Positions 39,009 through 47,777 of a stretch of 64,000 nt of DNA are shown one piece after another. Each line of letters opens with the position of its first letter. Position 1 is the stretch's first letter. A program made the position numbers and the translations under genes. Source of the DNA: a virus (lineage: Duplodnaviria; Heunggongvirae; Uroviricota; Caudoviricetes; Herelleviridae); the IMG/VR virus record IMGVR_UViG_2706796071_000001; one strand, given 5' to 3'. The notes below the pieces were generated by a model. It worked only from the letters and a program-made list of their open reading frames with translations. It had not been told where the DNA came from and did not search any database.

Positions 39009-40280
39009 ATGGATTTCAATCAATTTATTAACAATGAGGCAAGCAAATTAGAAAGTAGTAACAGTTCTTTTAATAACAATGTAGAGAGCTATAAACCTAA
39101 AAACCCTGTATTACGATTAGGTAATATTAAAGATGCAAATGGAAATAAAGTTACTAAAGAAAATGCTTTTGTACGAGTATTACCTCCTGCACAAGGAACA
39201 AATGTTTTCTTTAAAGAATTTAGAACAACAGGTATTAACTACTCTAAGAAAGATGGTTCCCAAGGATTTACAGGGTTAACACTACCTGCAGAACCAGGTT
39301 CATCTGTACTTGACCCTTACATTCAGGATTGGATAACAAATGGAGTTCAATTTAGTAGATTCCCTAATAAACCAGGAGTACGTTACTACATTCACGTTAT
39401 TGAATACTTTAATAATAACGGACAAATTCAACCTAAAACAGATGAGCAAGGAAATGTAATGATTCAACCTATGGAGTTATCAAACACAGGGTACAAAGAA
39501 TTAGTAGCAAATCTTAAGGATACTATGTTAAAACCATCACCTAATGCACCTCATAGTTTTATTTCAGCAAACGAAGCATTCTTGGTTAACATTGCTAAAG
39601 CTAAAAAAGGTGAAATGTCATGGAAAGTTAGTGTTTATCCTAATGCTCCTTTAGGTGCATTACCTCAAGGGTGGGAACAACAATTATCAGATTTAGAACA
39701 GTTAGCAAAACCAACAGAAGAACAAAATCCTAACTTTGTTAACTTCTTAATCAATAATGTTAATAACACAGAGTTAAGCCACGATAACTTTAAGTTTAAC
39801 CGTGAGTCTAACGTATTAGGTGAAGAACCTTCAGAACCTAAACAAGCTCCTACTCAACAAGATATTGATAATCAGATGCCAAGTAATATGGAAGGTCAAC
39901 CTAACCAACCACAACAAGGTCAAGTAGGTCAGTATACTCAACAAGGTCAAAATAATGGTCAAGGACAGCAGTTACAAGGTAACCAACAACCAATTAGTAA
40001 TACTCAATTTGGTCAAGGAGCACCTTCAGGACAACAACCTAATAATACAGGTTCAGTTGATTGGAATAACTTAGCTCAACAACAATCACAACCGGATTCA
40101 AATCCTTTTAATGACTTTGATGTAAACAGTGTTGATGATTCACAAGTACCTTTCGAGACACAACCTCAAAACACACAACAAGCACCTGAACCACAACAAA
40201 CTACTCAGGAGCCTCCAAAACAAAAACAAACGCAAAGTATTGACGATGTATTAGGTGGTCTAGACTTAGATAACCTATAA
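39009..40280 (+). CDS. Putative single-stranded DNA-binding protein (gp32-like) with long Q/N/G-rich tail
   Basis: FVRVLPP...FFKEF N-terminal domain; low-complexity tail ending in acidic-hydrophobic DDVLGGLDLDNL; upstream of recA. Confidence 0.6.
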   Translation: MDFNQFINNEASKLESSNSSFNNNVESYKPKNPVLRLGNIKDANGNKVTKENAFVRVLPPAQGTNVFFKEFRTTGINYSKKDGSQGFTGLTLPAEPGSSVLDPYIQDWITNGVQFSRFPNKPGVRYYIHVIEYFNNNGQIQPKTDEQGNVMIQPMELSNTGYKELVANLKDTMLKPSPNAPHSFISANEAFLVNIAKAKKGEMSWKVSVYPNAPLGALPQGWEQQLSDLEQLAKPTEEQNPNFVNFLINNVNNTELSHDNFKFNRESNVLGEEPSEPKQAPTQQDIDNQMPSNMEGQPNQPQQGQVGQYTQQGQNNGQGQQLQGNQQPISNTQFGQGAPSGQQPNNTGSVDWNNLAQQQSQPDSNPFNDFDVNSVDDSQVPFETQPQNTQQAPEPQQTTQEPPKQKQTQSIDDVLGGLDLDNL

Positions 40281-40285
40281 GATAT

Positions 40286-40310
40286 AGAGTGCCTTAGAGC
40301 ACTCTTTTAT
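40286..40310 (+). terminator. Putative terminator
   Basis: AGAGTGC/GCACTCT stem followed by TTTATT. Confidence 0.6.
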
Positions 40311-40339
40311 TTGAGATATAATTACTAGGAGGATATTAA

Positions 40340-41596
40340 ATGGCAAGAGCAAAAAAAGGTAAAGAAGTAGATTTAACAGATTTAAATACAATTGATTTAG
40401 GTAAAGAATTAGGATTAACATTATTATCGGATACAAACAGAGCAGATATTAAGAATGTTATACCTACAATGGTTCCTCAGTATGACTATATTTTAGGTGG
40501 AGGTATTCCATTAGGTAGATTAACAGAGGTTTATGGTTTAACTGGTAGTGGTAAATCAACATTTGCAGTTCATTTGTCTAGGATTGCAACACAATTAGGT
40601 GTTATTACTATTTGGATTGATATTGAAGGAACAGCAGACAACAATCGTATGGAACAACTTGGAGTAGATGTTTCAAAATTATTCTCTATTCAATCAGGAG
40701 AAGGTAGACTTAAAAATACAGTAGAATTATCTGTAGAGGCTGTAGGTAAAGAATTAGAGTACTGGATTGACACCTTTAATGAAAAGATACCTGGAGTACC
40801 TATTGTGTTTATTTGGGACTCACTAGGAGCTACACGAACTCAGAAAGAGATTGACGGCGGTATTGATGAGAAACAAATGGGTCTTAAAGCATCAGCTACT
40901 CAAAAAGTAATTAATGCGGTAACACCTAAATTAAATGATACAAACACAGGATTAATTGTTATTAACCAAGCACGTGACGATATGAATGCAGGTATGTATG
41001 GTGACCCTATTAAGTCTACGGGCGGTAGAGCATTTGAACATAGTGCTAGTTTACGTATTAAGGTTCATAAAGCATCTCAACTAAAACAGAAAAGTGAATT
41101 AACTGGTAAAGATGAATACCATGGTCATATCATGCGTATTGAAACTAAGAAATCTAAATTATCGAGACCAGGACAAAAAGCAGAAGCAGACTTACTGTCT
41201 GATTATATGGTAGGTAAAGAAGATGACCCTATCTTATTAAATGGTATTGACTTAGAACATACTGTATATAAAGAAGCAGTTGAAAGAGGTTTAATTACTA
41301 AAGGTGCATGGAGAAACTATGTTACATTGAATGGTGAAGAAATTAAACTTAGAGATGCTGAATGGGTACCTGTATTAAAAGATAACAGAGAGTTATATTT
41401 AGAATTATTTAGTAGAGTATATGGAGAGCATTTCCCTAATGGTTACTCACCATTGCTTAATAACAAAGTAATTGTAACTCAACTAGAGGAGTATCAAGCT
41501 CTTGAAAACTACTATAAAGAATGGGCTACAGATAATAAACAAGAGGAACAAGAGGAAGAACTAAAAGGAGAATCTCAAGAAAAGGATTCTGAATAA
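40340..41596 (+). CDS. recA: RecA/UvsX-like recombinase; uninterrupted
   Basis: GGGIPLGRLTEVYGLTGSGKST, WIDIEG, IWDSLGA, INQAR, GGRAFEH. Confidence 0.93.
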   Translation: MARAKKGKEVDLTDLNTIDLGKELGLTLLSDTNRADIKNVIPTMVPQYDYILGGGIPLGRLTEVYGLTGSGKSTFAVHLSRIATQLGVITIWIDIEGTADNNRMEQLGVDVSKLFSIQSGEGRLKNTVELSVEAVGKELEYWIDTFNEKIPGVPIVFIWDSLGATRTQKEIDGGIDEKQMGLKASATQKVINAVTPKLNDTNTGLIVINQARDDMNAGMYGDPIKSTGGRAFEHSASLRIKVHKASQLKQKSELTGKDEYHGHIMRIETKKSKLSRPGQKAEADLLSDYMVGKEDDPILLNGIDLEHTVYKEAVERGLITKGAWRNYVTLNGEEIKLRDAEWVPVLKDNRELYLELFSRVYGEHFPNGYSPLLNNKVIVTQLEEYQALENYYKEWATDNKQEEQEEELKGESQEKDSE

Positions 41597-41599
41597 TAG

Positions 41600-41953
41600 A
41601 TGGATAATTTAATAGATAAAAACATGAATCAGGTAAAAGAATCTTTGGGGAATGCAAATTCCTCAGATGTTCTTCCTTTACCTTATAAAGATATAGCAAA
41701 GAAATTTGAAGAAGTAAAAGAAAAAGGTGAATCAATTATCATTGAAGAAGGTGGATTCCCTTACACAGATTCTACAGTGATGTATATAGAACATGTAACA
41801 GATAGATGGGCAGGAGGATACTCCTTAATTAGACATGAAGGTGAAGAGGTTAAAGTACCTAAAACTATCCATTTCTCTGATATATATGTTAAGGATAAAT
41901 CACATAAAGTAAGAATAATCTTCGAGGGGGCTAATCCTTATGAAGAAAGCTAA
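41600..41953 (+). CDS. Hypothetical protein (117 aa)
   Basis: ORF between recA and sigma factor; Kayvirus synteny. Confidence 0.7.
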   Translation: MDNLIDKNMNQVKESLGNANSSDVLPLPYKDIAKKFEEVKEKGESIIIEEGGFPYTDSTVMYIEHVTDRWAGGYSLIRHEGEEVKVPKTIHFSDIYVKDKSHKVRIIFEGANPYEES

Positions 41954-42602
41954 CAATGGTAATAGATATGTAATAGATATAGACGGTATTCCTGTTGATT
42001 TTGAAAGGGACTTAGATAGTTTACTTAATAGGTATAAAAACCTTAGATGGTCATTGTATCATAGATACGCAGGTATTTTATCTAATGATTTTGAAAGACA
42101 AGAATTAAGAGAATACATTGATGAACAATTTATTAAACTAGTTAAAGAATATAATATTAGAAGTAAAGTAGATTTTCCAGGTTATATTAAAGCTAAATTA
42201 ACTTTGAGAGTTCAAAATAGTTATGTTAAGAAGAATGAAAAGTACAAGCGTACTGAAATTATAGGTAAAAAAGATTATACAGTAGAGTCTCTAACAGAAG
42301 ACTTAAATGAAGACTTTGAGGATAATCAAATTATGAGTTATGTATTTGATGATATAGAATTTACAGAAGTTCAAAGTGAGTTACTTAAAGAATTACTTAT
42401 TAACCCTGAAAGAGAAGATGATGCCTTTATCGTTTCTCAAGTAGCGGAAAAGTTTGATATGAAAAGAAAAGAAGTAGCAAGTGAGTTGACAGAACTCAGA
42501 GACTATGTTAGATTTAAAATAAATGCATACCATGAGTACTATGCTAAGAAAGAATTAAATAACCATAGAGTTAATACTGAAAATCATATTTGGGAAAACT
42601 AG
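41940..42602 (+). CDS. Phage RNA polymerase sigma factor (probable late sigma)
   Basis: Region 2-like ERQELREYIDEQFIKLVKEYN...DFPGYIK; C-terminal HTH (VSQVAEKFDMKRKEVASEL). Confidence 0.8.
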   Translation: MKKANNGNRYVIDIDGIPVDFERDLDSLLNRYKNLRWSLYHRYAGILSNDFERQELREYIDEQFIKLVKEYNIRSKVDFPGYIKAKLTLRVQNSYVKKNEKYKRTEIIGKKDYTVESLTEDLNEDFEDNQIMSYVFDDIEFTEVQSELLKELLINPEREDDAFIVSQVAEKFDMKRKEVASELTELRDYVRFKINAYHEYYAKKELNNHRVNTENHIWEN

Positions 42603-42609
42603 TTACAGT

Positions 42610-42670
42610 GCCTTCCTTGTGTTATATTATTATCGAGAATTCAATAATAAAGCATAGGGAAGGCTTTTTT
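42610..42670 (+). terminator. Long terminator hairpin with late promoter TGTTATATTA (42620-42629) in its 5' arm
   Basis: 14-bp basal stem 42610-42623/42651-42664 (three G-U pairs), 7-bp upper stem, then T6. Confidence 0.8.
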
Positions 42671-42729
42671 CTATGTCTTATAGAATGCTTTAAAATAGAT
42701 TACTAAAATAAAGATTGGAGATTAAGCTT

Positions 42730-43362
42730 ATGGCTAAAAAGAATGTTAATGATGTATTACAACAAGAATCTGTTACAGTAGCAGATAAGTATTTACAAGT
42801 TAAAGTTAACCGTGACGGTTATACTCGTACACATGAAGGACAATATGCGTACAAAGTAGTTTCAGAGGGAGAAGAATTATTCTTATATCCTGTACAAACA
42901 GATGGTAAAGGTACACTAAATGTAATGAAGAAATCACCTATTGCTTACACTGATGGAGACAATATCCATTTTGTAGTAAACACAGTAGTAGACCCTTATA
43001 ATCACTCATTTATCCGTACTGAAGATATTAAAGGATTAGATAAAGGTAAACAACTTATTCAAGCTTTCTTAGCTTTCGTTGAAGACCGTTTCAAATTTGG
43101 TGTTTATAACGTATTTGTTGCAAACAACAAAGAGGATGTATTATCTATTGTAGACCCTACAGATAATGATGCAGATGAAGTTAAAGATAGTTTAGAGCAC
43201 GCACATGAAGATGTAATTGCGGATTTCCCTGCTAGCCCTGCTCGTAAGGACGTTAAAGGCGTAGATTCAGGAGAAGGTCAAGGAGACACTTCAGAACCAT
43301 CAGCACCTAAGAACGTTCAAATTACTCCTAAGGAAGACGGAGCAGACGTATCAGCAGAATAA
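42730..43362 (+). CDS. Virion-associated protein (210 aa) ending in FN3 A/B-strand-like peptide
   Basis: Behind late promoter; C-terminus EPSAPKNVQITPKEDGADVSAE. Confidence 0.7.
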   Translation: MAKKNVNDVLQQESVTVADKYLQVKVNRDGYTRTHEGQYAYKVVSEGEELFLYPVQTDGKGTLNVMKKSPIAYTDGDNIHFVVNTVVDPYNHSFIRTEDIKGLDKGKQLIQAFLAFVEDRFKFGVYNVFVANNKEDVLSIVDPTDNDADEVKDSLEHAHEDVIADFPASPARKDVKGVDSGEGQGDTSEPSAPKNVQITPKEDGADVSAE

Positions 43363-43384
43363 TATATAGATAAGGATGGTAAAT

Positions 43385-43897
43385 TTGGCTAAGTTAAATT
43401 TATACAAAGGTAATGAGTTACTAAACAGCGTAGAAAAAACAGAAGGAAAATCAACAATCACGATTGAGAATTTAGATGCTAATACGGATTACCCTAAAGG
43501 TACTTTTAAAGTATCATTCTCAAATGATTCAGGAGAGTCAGAGAAGGTCGATGTTCCTCAGTTTAAGACAAAAGCAATTAAAGTTATTTCAGTTACCCTT
43601 GACGTTGATAGTTTAGACCTTACAGTTGGAGATACTCACCAACTATCAACAACTATCACGCCTAGTGAAGCATCTAACAAAAATGTGTCATTTGAATCAG
43701 ACAAATCAGGTGTTGCTAGCGTAACATCAGAAGGCTTAATTGAAGCAGTTAGTGCAGGAACAGCTAATGTTACTGTAACTACTGAAGATGGTAGTCACAC
43801 TGATATTGTTGCTGTAACAGTTAAGGAACCTATTCCTGAAGCACCTGCAGACGTAACAGTTGAACCTGGTGAAAATAGCGCAGATATTACTGTATAG
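43385..43897 (+). CDS. Ig-like (Big_2) tail/virion protein (170 aa, TTG start)
   Basis: Big_2 motif SVTLD...LTVGDTHQLSTTITPSEASNKNVSFESD...ASVTSEGLIEAVSAGTANVTVTTEDG; N-terminal partial FN3. Confidence 0.85.
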   Translation: MAKLNLYKGNELLNSVEKTEGKSTITIENLDANTDYPKGTFKVSFSNDSGESEKVDVPQFKTKAIKVISVTLDVDSLDLTVGDTHQLSTTITPSEASNKNVSFESDKSGVASVTSEGLIEAVSAGTANVTVTTEDGSHTDIVAVTVKEPIPEAPADVTVEPGENSADITV

Positions 43898-43911
43898 GAG
43901 GACAATAAAGA

Positions 43912-44139
43912 ATGGAAAAGACATTAAAAGTTTATAGTAATGGTGAAGTTGTGGGCTCTCAAGTAGCTAATAACGATGGAGCTACTACAGTATCTATTAC
44001 GGGCTTAGAAGCCGGAAAAACTTATGCTAAAGGAGATTTTAAAGTAGCATTTGCTAATGATTCAGGTGAATCAGAAAAAGTAGATGTTCCTGAATTTACA
44101 ACTAAAACTCCTACTGAAGAACCTTCAGGAGACGCATAA
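43912..44139 (+). CDS. Partial FN3-like virion protein (75 aa), paralog of the preceding ORF's N-terminus
   Basis: Shares FKV.F.NDSGESEKVDVP.F.TK; AGGAGG RBS. Confidence 0.8.
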   Translation: MEKTLKVYSNGEVVGSQVANNDGATTVSITGLEAGKTYAKGDFKVAFANDSGESEKVDVPEFTTKTPTEEPSGDA

Positions 44140-44144
44140 TAATT

Positions 44145-44203
44145 AAGACCAACTAAAAAGTTGGTCTTTTTTTATTGACAATTTATAATATCTATGATAC
44201 ACT
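44145..44203 (+). promoter_or_regulatory. Terminator followed by sigmaA promoter
   Basis: AAGACCAACT/AGTTGGTCTT stem, T-tract, TTGACA(44175)-17bp-TACACT. Confidence 0.8.
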
Positions 44204-44234
44204 ATATAAGAATTAAGAAAAGGAGGGGAAAGTA

Positions 44235-44495
44235 ATGGATATTCCAACAATATTATTTAGAAATCCATATGATTATACGAAAGTAAAAAAATTAATGGAA
44301 AACAAAGAGCAGTATATTGTAGTAAAGTTTGATTCTGTTTCTGTTCATAATTTAAATGTTCAAGGTATGATGAATGTCATCCAAGATTACCTACACATCT
44401 ATGGTTACAGAGTTAAAGAGTACGGACAAGAAAATGCTTCTAAAGATGATGAAAGAGATGTTAAAGGTTACTTATATGAAAGAGTAGGTGAGTAG
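44235..44495 (+). CDS. Hypothetical protein (86 aa)
   Basis: AAGGAGG RBS. Confidence 0.75.
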   Translation: MDIPTILFRNPYDYTKVKKLMENKEQYIVVKFDSVSVHNLNVQGMMNVIQDYLHIYGYRVKEYGQENASKDDERDVKGYLYERVGE

Positions 44496-44498
44496 GGT

Positions 44499-45254
44499 AT
44501 GGGAATTATAGTAAACTCCAACCATATTCAATCAGACACTTTATATGAGTATGATAGCTTTTTTGATATTGAGAAAGTAGATACATTTGAAGAAGGATTG
44601 CTTTCAATACAGGATGAGCCAACTGTTTTAGCAGGATTCATCTATGATGATATCACATTTAATAAGGTCATTAATTCTAATTCAGATATTGATGACTATA
44701 TTAAGAATAATGATATTTATTATGTCTCTGATATAGGATTACTTCCTGATACTTTTATCACTGTTGATTCTGATAGAAAATATTATTCATTATTACAACA
44801 GATAACTGAGTTAAGTAAAGACCCTTTTCCTAAATGGGTAGAGGATGATGCAAAAGGTTTAACTAAGTATTATAACTTTCAAGATTTTGAAGATGTATTT
44901 GATTTAAATAGTTTTTACAAAAAAGAAGTTGACATGGTAAGAGAAAAGTGCTATAATAATGGTAATGTATATTTATTATATGAGGTTCTGCCTGATTATA
45001 AATTACCTCTAGCTTATAGTTTACTTTCAAACAAGGAGCATGGTATTGTTATTATCGGTTCACAGACACGTTCTAATAATGATATACTGACTTTTTATGT
45101 TAAAGGTATGGATGCTAAGGCAATAGCTAGTATGTTCAATGTAGAACATGATTATGATTCTAATATTTTCCATACATTTGTAAACAGTCACATTAATATT
45201 TTAGGAAATCAAATAACTAAGTTTATAAGAGAGAAAGGAAGCAGTTATGAGTAA
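44499..45254 (+). CDS. Hypothetical protein (251 aa)
   Basis: Long ORF, phage-like composition, synteny. Confidence 0.75.
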   Translation: MGIIVNSNHIQSDTLYEYDSFFDIEKVDTFEEGLLSIQDEPTVLAGFIYDDITFNKVINSNSDIDDYIKNNDIYYVSDIGLLPDTFITVDSDRKYYSLLQQITELSKDPFPKWVEDDAKGLTKYYNFQDFEDVFDLNSFYKKEVDMVREKCYNNGNVYLLYEVLPDYKLPLAYSLLSNKEHGIVIIGSQTRSNNDILTFYVKGMDAKAIASMFNVEHDYDSNIFHTFVNSHINILGNQITKFIREKGSSYE

Positions 45255-46497
45255 CTATAAAACAATAGAAGAAGTACAAGCAGTTATTATTGGGGTATTA
45301 TTTAAAGATGAAGGTAAAATTATAACATCTAAGTTTAATAAAATTACTAAAGAGTTTGGTTTAGATAGAATCGGTAAAGATGACCTTAAAGAAATTGTAG
45401 AGGATATCCGACAAGACGCTTATCTAAATGAACTTAAAAACAAAGCAATTAAAGGTAAAGTAACGTTAGGTGATTTAAAAGATGTTGCAGATAACCAAGT
45501 ATTCGAAGGTAATAACTACCATGAAGAAGTATCTACTTATGTAGTAGCTAAAGAAAAAGAATTGTCTCACTTAAGAGAACAGCGTAAGCACAATAGGCAT
45601 ACTGCATACCCTCAAATTATGTTTGATGAACTTAAAGAACATATGGTTAAGGAATTACAAGGGGAAACATTAGTAGAACATCACGGAAGTAAAGCTAATA
45701 TTAATGATACAGAGCTAATTGTGTTACTATCAGATTTCCATATTGGAAGTATTGTATCTGATATGACTAATGGTAAATATGATTTTGAAGTTCTTAAAGC
45801 AAGATTAAATCATTTTATTAATACAACAGTTAAAGAAATTGAAGATAGAGAAATTTCTAATGTAACTGTTTACTTTGTTGGGGACTTAGTAGAACATATT
45901 AATATGAGAGATGTTAACCAAGCATTTGAAACAGAGTTTACTTTAGCAGAACAAATCTCTAAAGGTACTCGATTACTTATTGATATCCTGAATGTACTAT
46001 CTAATGTAGTTTCCGGAGAACTAAGATTTGGTATTATTGGTGGTAACCATGACCGTATGCAAGGTAACAAGAATCAGAAGATTTATAATGATAACATTGC
46101 TTATGTAGTGTTAGATTCTTTATTGTTATTCCAAGAACAAGGACTATTAAATGGTGTAGATATTATTGATAATCGTGAAGATATTTATACTATTAGAGAT
46201 ACCTTTGGCGGTAAATCTATTATCATTAACCACGGAGATGGGTTAAAAGGTAAAGGTAATCATATCAATAAATTTATCTTAGATAGTCATATTGACTTAT
46301 TAATTACAGGTCATGTACATCATTTCTCAGTAAAACAAGAAGATTTTAATAGAATGCACATCGTAGCTTCATCTCCGATGGGATATAATAACTATGCTAA
46401 AGAGTTACATTTATCAAAAACTAAACCTTCACAGCAGTTATTATTCATAAATAAGGAAAATAAAGATATTGATATTAAAACAGTATTTTTAGATTAA
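45247..46497 (+). CDS. Calcineurin-like metallophosphoesterase
   Basis: DFHIG, GDLVE, GNHDR, HGD, GHVH motifs. Confidence 0.85.
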   Translation: MSNYKTIEEVQAVIIGVLFKDEGKIITSKFNKITKEFGLDRIGKDDLKEIVEDIRQDAYLNELKNKAIKGKVTLGDLKDVADNQVFEGNNYHEEVSTYVVAKEKELSHLREQRKHNRHTAYPQIMFDELKEHMVKELQGETLVEHHGSKANINDTELIVLLSDFHIGSIVSDMTNGKYDFEVLKARLNHFINTTVKEIEDREISNVTVYFVGDLVEHINMRDVNQAFETEFTLAEQISKGTRLLIDILNVLSNVVSGELRFGIIGGNHDRMQGNKNQKIYNDNIAYVVLDSLLLFQEQGLLNGVDIIDNREDIYTIRDTFGGKSIIINHGDGLKGKGNHINKFILDSHIDLLITGHVHHFSVKQEDFNRMHIVASSPMGYNNYAKELHLSKTKPSQQLLFINKENKDIDIKTVFLD

Positions 46498-46510
46498 GGA
46501 TGGTTAATAA

Positions 46511-46879
46511 ATGGATACAATTTTTATTATAGGTGTAGCGTTTATAACTTTTGCAACATTTAACATAGTCTTTAGATTATTTGATTTATGGACTACAGAG
46601 AAAAAAATGGTAAGTCAAGGACAACCTCCACTAAGTAACTTTGAGTACTATCATGTGATAGTACCTTACTTAGTAGGTGTTATTGTTATTATACTGAGTA
46701 TTATTTTTAGGGATTCCTTGTATTCCGCACAATCAGGGTTCGGTGTTATTATTACAAGCTTTATTTACATGCTAGTTTATGTTATAATTGGTCTTGTAGG
46801 GTCATTTGTACTTACAATATTCCAAGCTAGAAAAGCTAGACAGTATCAAACACAGGAGGATAATAATGAAGTTCAATGA
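46511..46879 (+). CDS. Membrane protein (122 aa, about 3 TM)
   Basis: Three hydrophobic segments. Confidence 0.75.
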   Translation: MDTIFIIGVAFITFATFNIVFRLFDLWTTEKKMVSQGQPPLSNFEYYHVIVPYLVGVIVIILSIIFRDSLYSAQSGFGVIITSFIYMLVYVIIGLVGSFVLTIFQARKARQYQTQEDNNEVQ

Positions 46880-47177
46880 TATTTATGAGCAATTAATTAA
46901 AAATGATACAGTACAAAACATTCATGAGTCTCAAGATGACAAAGGAAATATTTATACAATACAGTTTGATAAAGGTAATGATAAGTATTTATTTAATGTT
47001 ATTAATGATGGATTCTTGAAAGAAATGACAAATGGTATGGTAGACCATCCTGAAGGTCAGCCATATTCAGTAAGTTTAATCAATAAAGAAACACCTAGTA
47101 TGTCAGTGAAACAATATTTAACAGATGTAGAAGATATTGTACCTACTATTAGAAAAATGGAAAAGGATTTCTTATAG
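46866..47177 (+). CDS. Hypothetical protein (103 aa)
   Basis: AGGAGG RBS before ATG 46866. Confidence 0.75.
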   Translation: MKFNDIYEQLIKNDTVQNIHESQDDKGNIYTIQFDKGNDKYLFNVINDGFLKEMTNGMVDHPEGQPYSVSLINKETPSMSVKQYLTDVEDIVPTIRKMEKDFL

Positions 47178-47220
47178 AGTCAAGTCTTTACTTGACTCTT
47201 TTTACTATATATGGTATATT
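47176..47220 (+). promoter_or_regulatory. Terminator whose 3' arm is a -35 box, plus -10
   Basis: AGAGTCAAG/CTTGACTCT stem; TTGACT(47192)-17bp-TATATT. Confidence 0.75.
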
Positions 47221-47240
47221 AATATAGAGGTGACTTAAAA

Positions 47241-47777
47241 ATGGATTTTAATTTTAGTGCTTTTGATAATAGCTCATTAGCAATGAGAATTAGTGAGGGT
47301 GTATACTATTTCAATGATACCCCTTATTACTTTATTGAGCATGTAGAAGAGGAAATGTCTGAGTATGTTATTGTGTATGACATACATGACAGAGAGGAAA
47401 AAGAAAATCCTCAGAAGAAATATAGAGTAGAACCTTACCAACAGACAATACCTGGAGGTACACCCCTTAGTAATTTGATTAAGAGTATGATGCCTCAACG
47501 TAAGTATCCTAAGAAGGTTACAGAAGACCCTATATTTGTAGCTAATGTTATTCCTTTAGGAACAGATACAGTAACAGGTAAAACCGGTAAAGGATTTTTT
47601 GAAAGAGATAAGGATAGAACTATCTATTCTCAAAAGGAACCAACTAAAGTCGTTCATGGTCAATACACAGGTGTTTTTATAGGTCTAACAAGTGTTAAGT
47701 GGAATAGAACATATACCCCCTTAGAAAGTGTTGTTGAGTACTACAAAAGGGTTAAAGGGGATAGGTTAAATGTCTAA
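47241..47777 (+). CDS. Hypothetical protein (178 aa)
   Basis: GAGGTG RBS; long ORF. Confidence 0.75.
   Translation: MDFNFSAFDNSSLAMRISEGVYYFNDTPYYFIEHVEEEMSEYVIVYDIHDREEKENPQKKYRVEPYQQTIPGGTPLSNLIKSMMPQRKYPKKVTEDPIFVANVIPLGTDTVTGKTGKGFFERDKDRTIYSQKEPTKVVHGQYTGVFIGLTSVKWNRTYTPLESVVEYYKRVKGDRLNV

Noticed and set aside
43355-43915. Programmed frameshift or readthrough fusing the three Ig-cassette ORFs
   Set aside because: ORFs are in different frames, in-frame stops (TAG 43367, TAA 43906) lie just upstream of the downstream ORFs, no slippery heptamer is seen, and each ORF has its own SD
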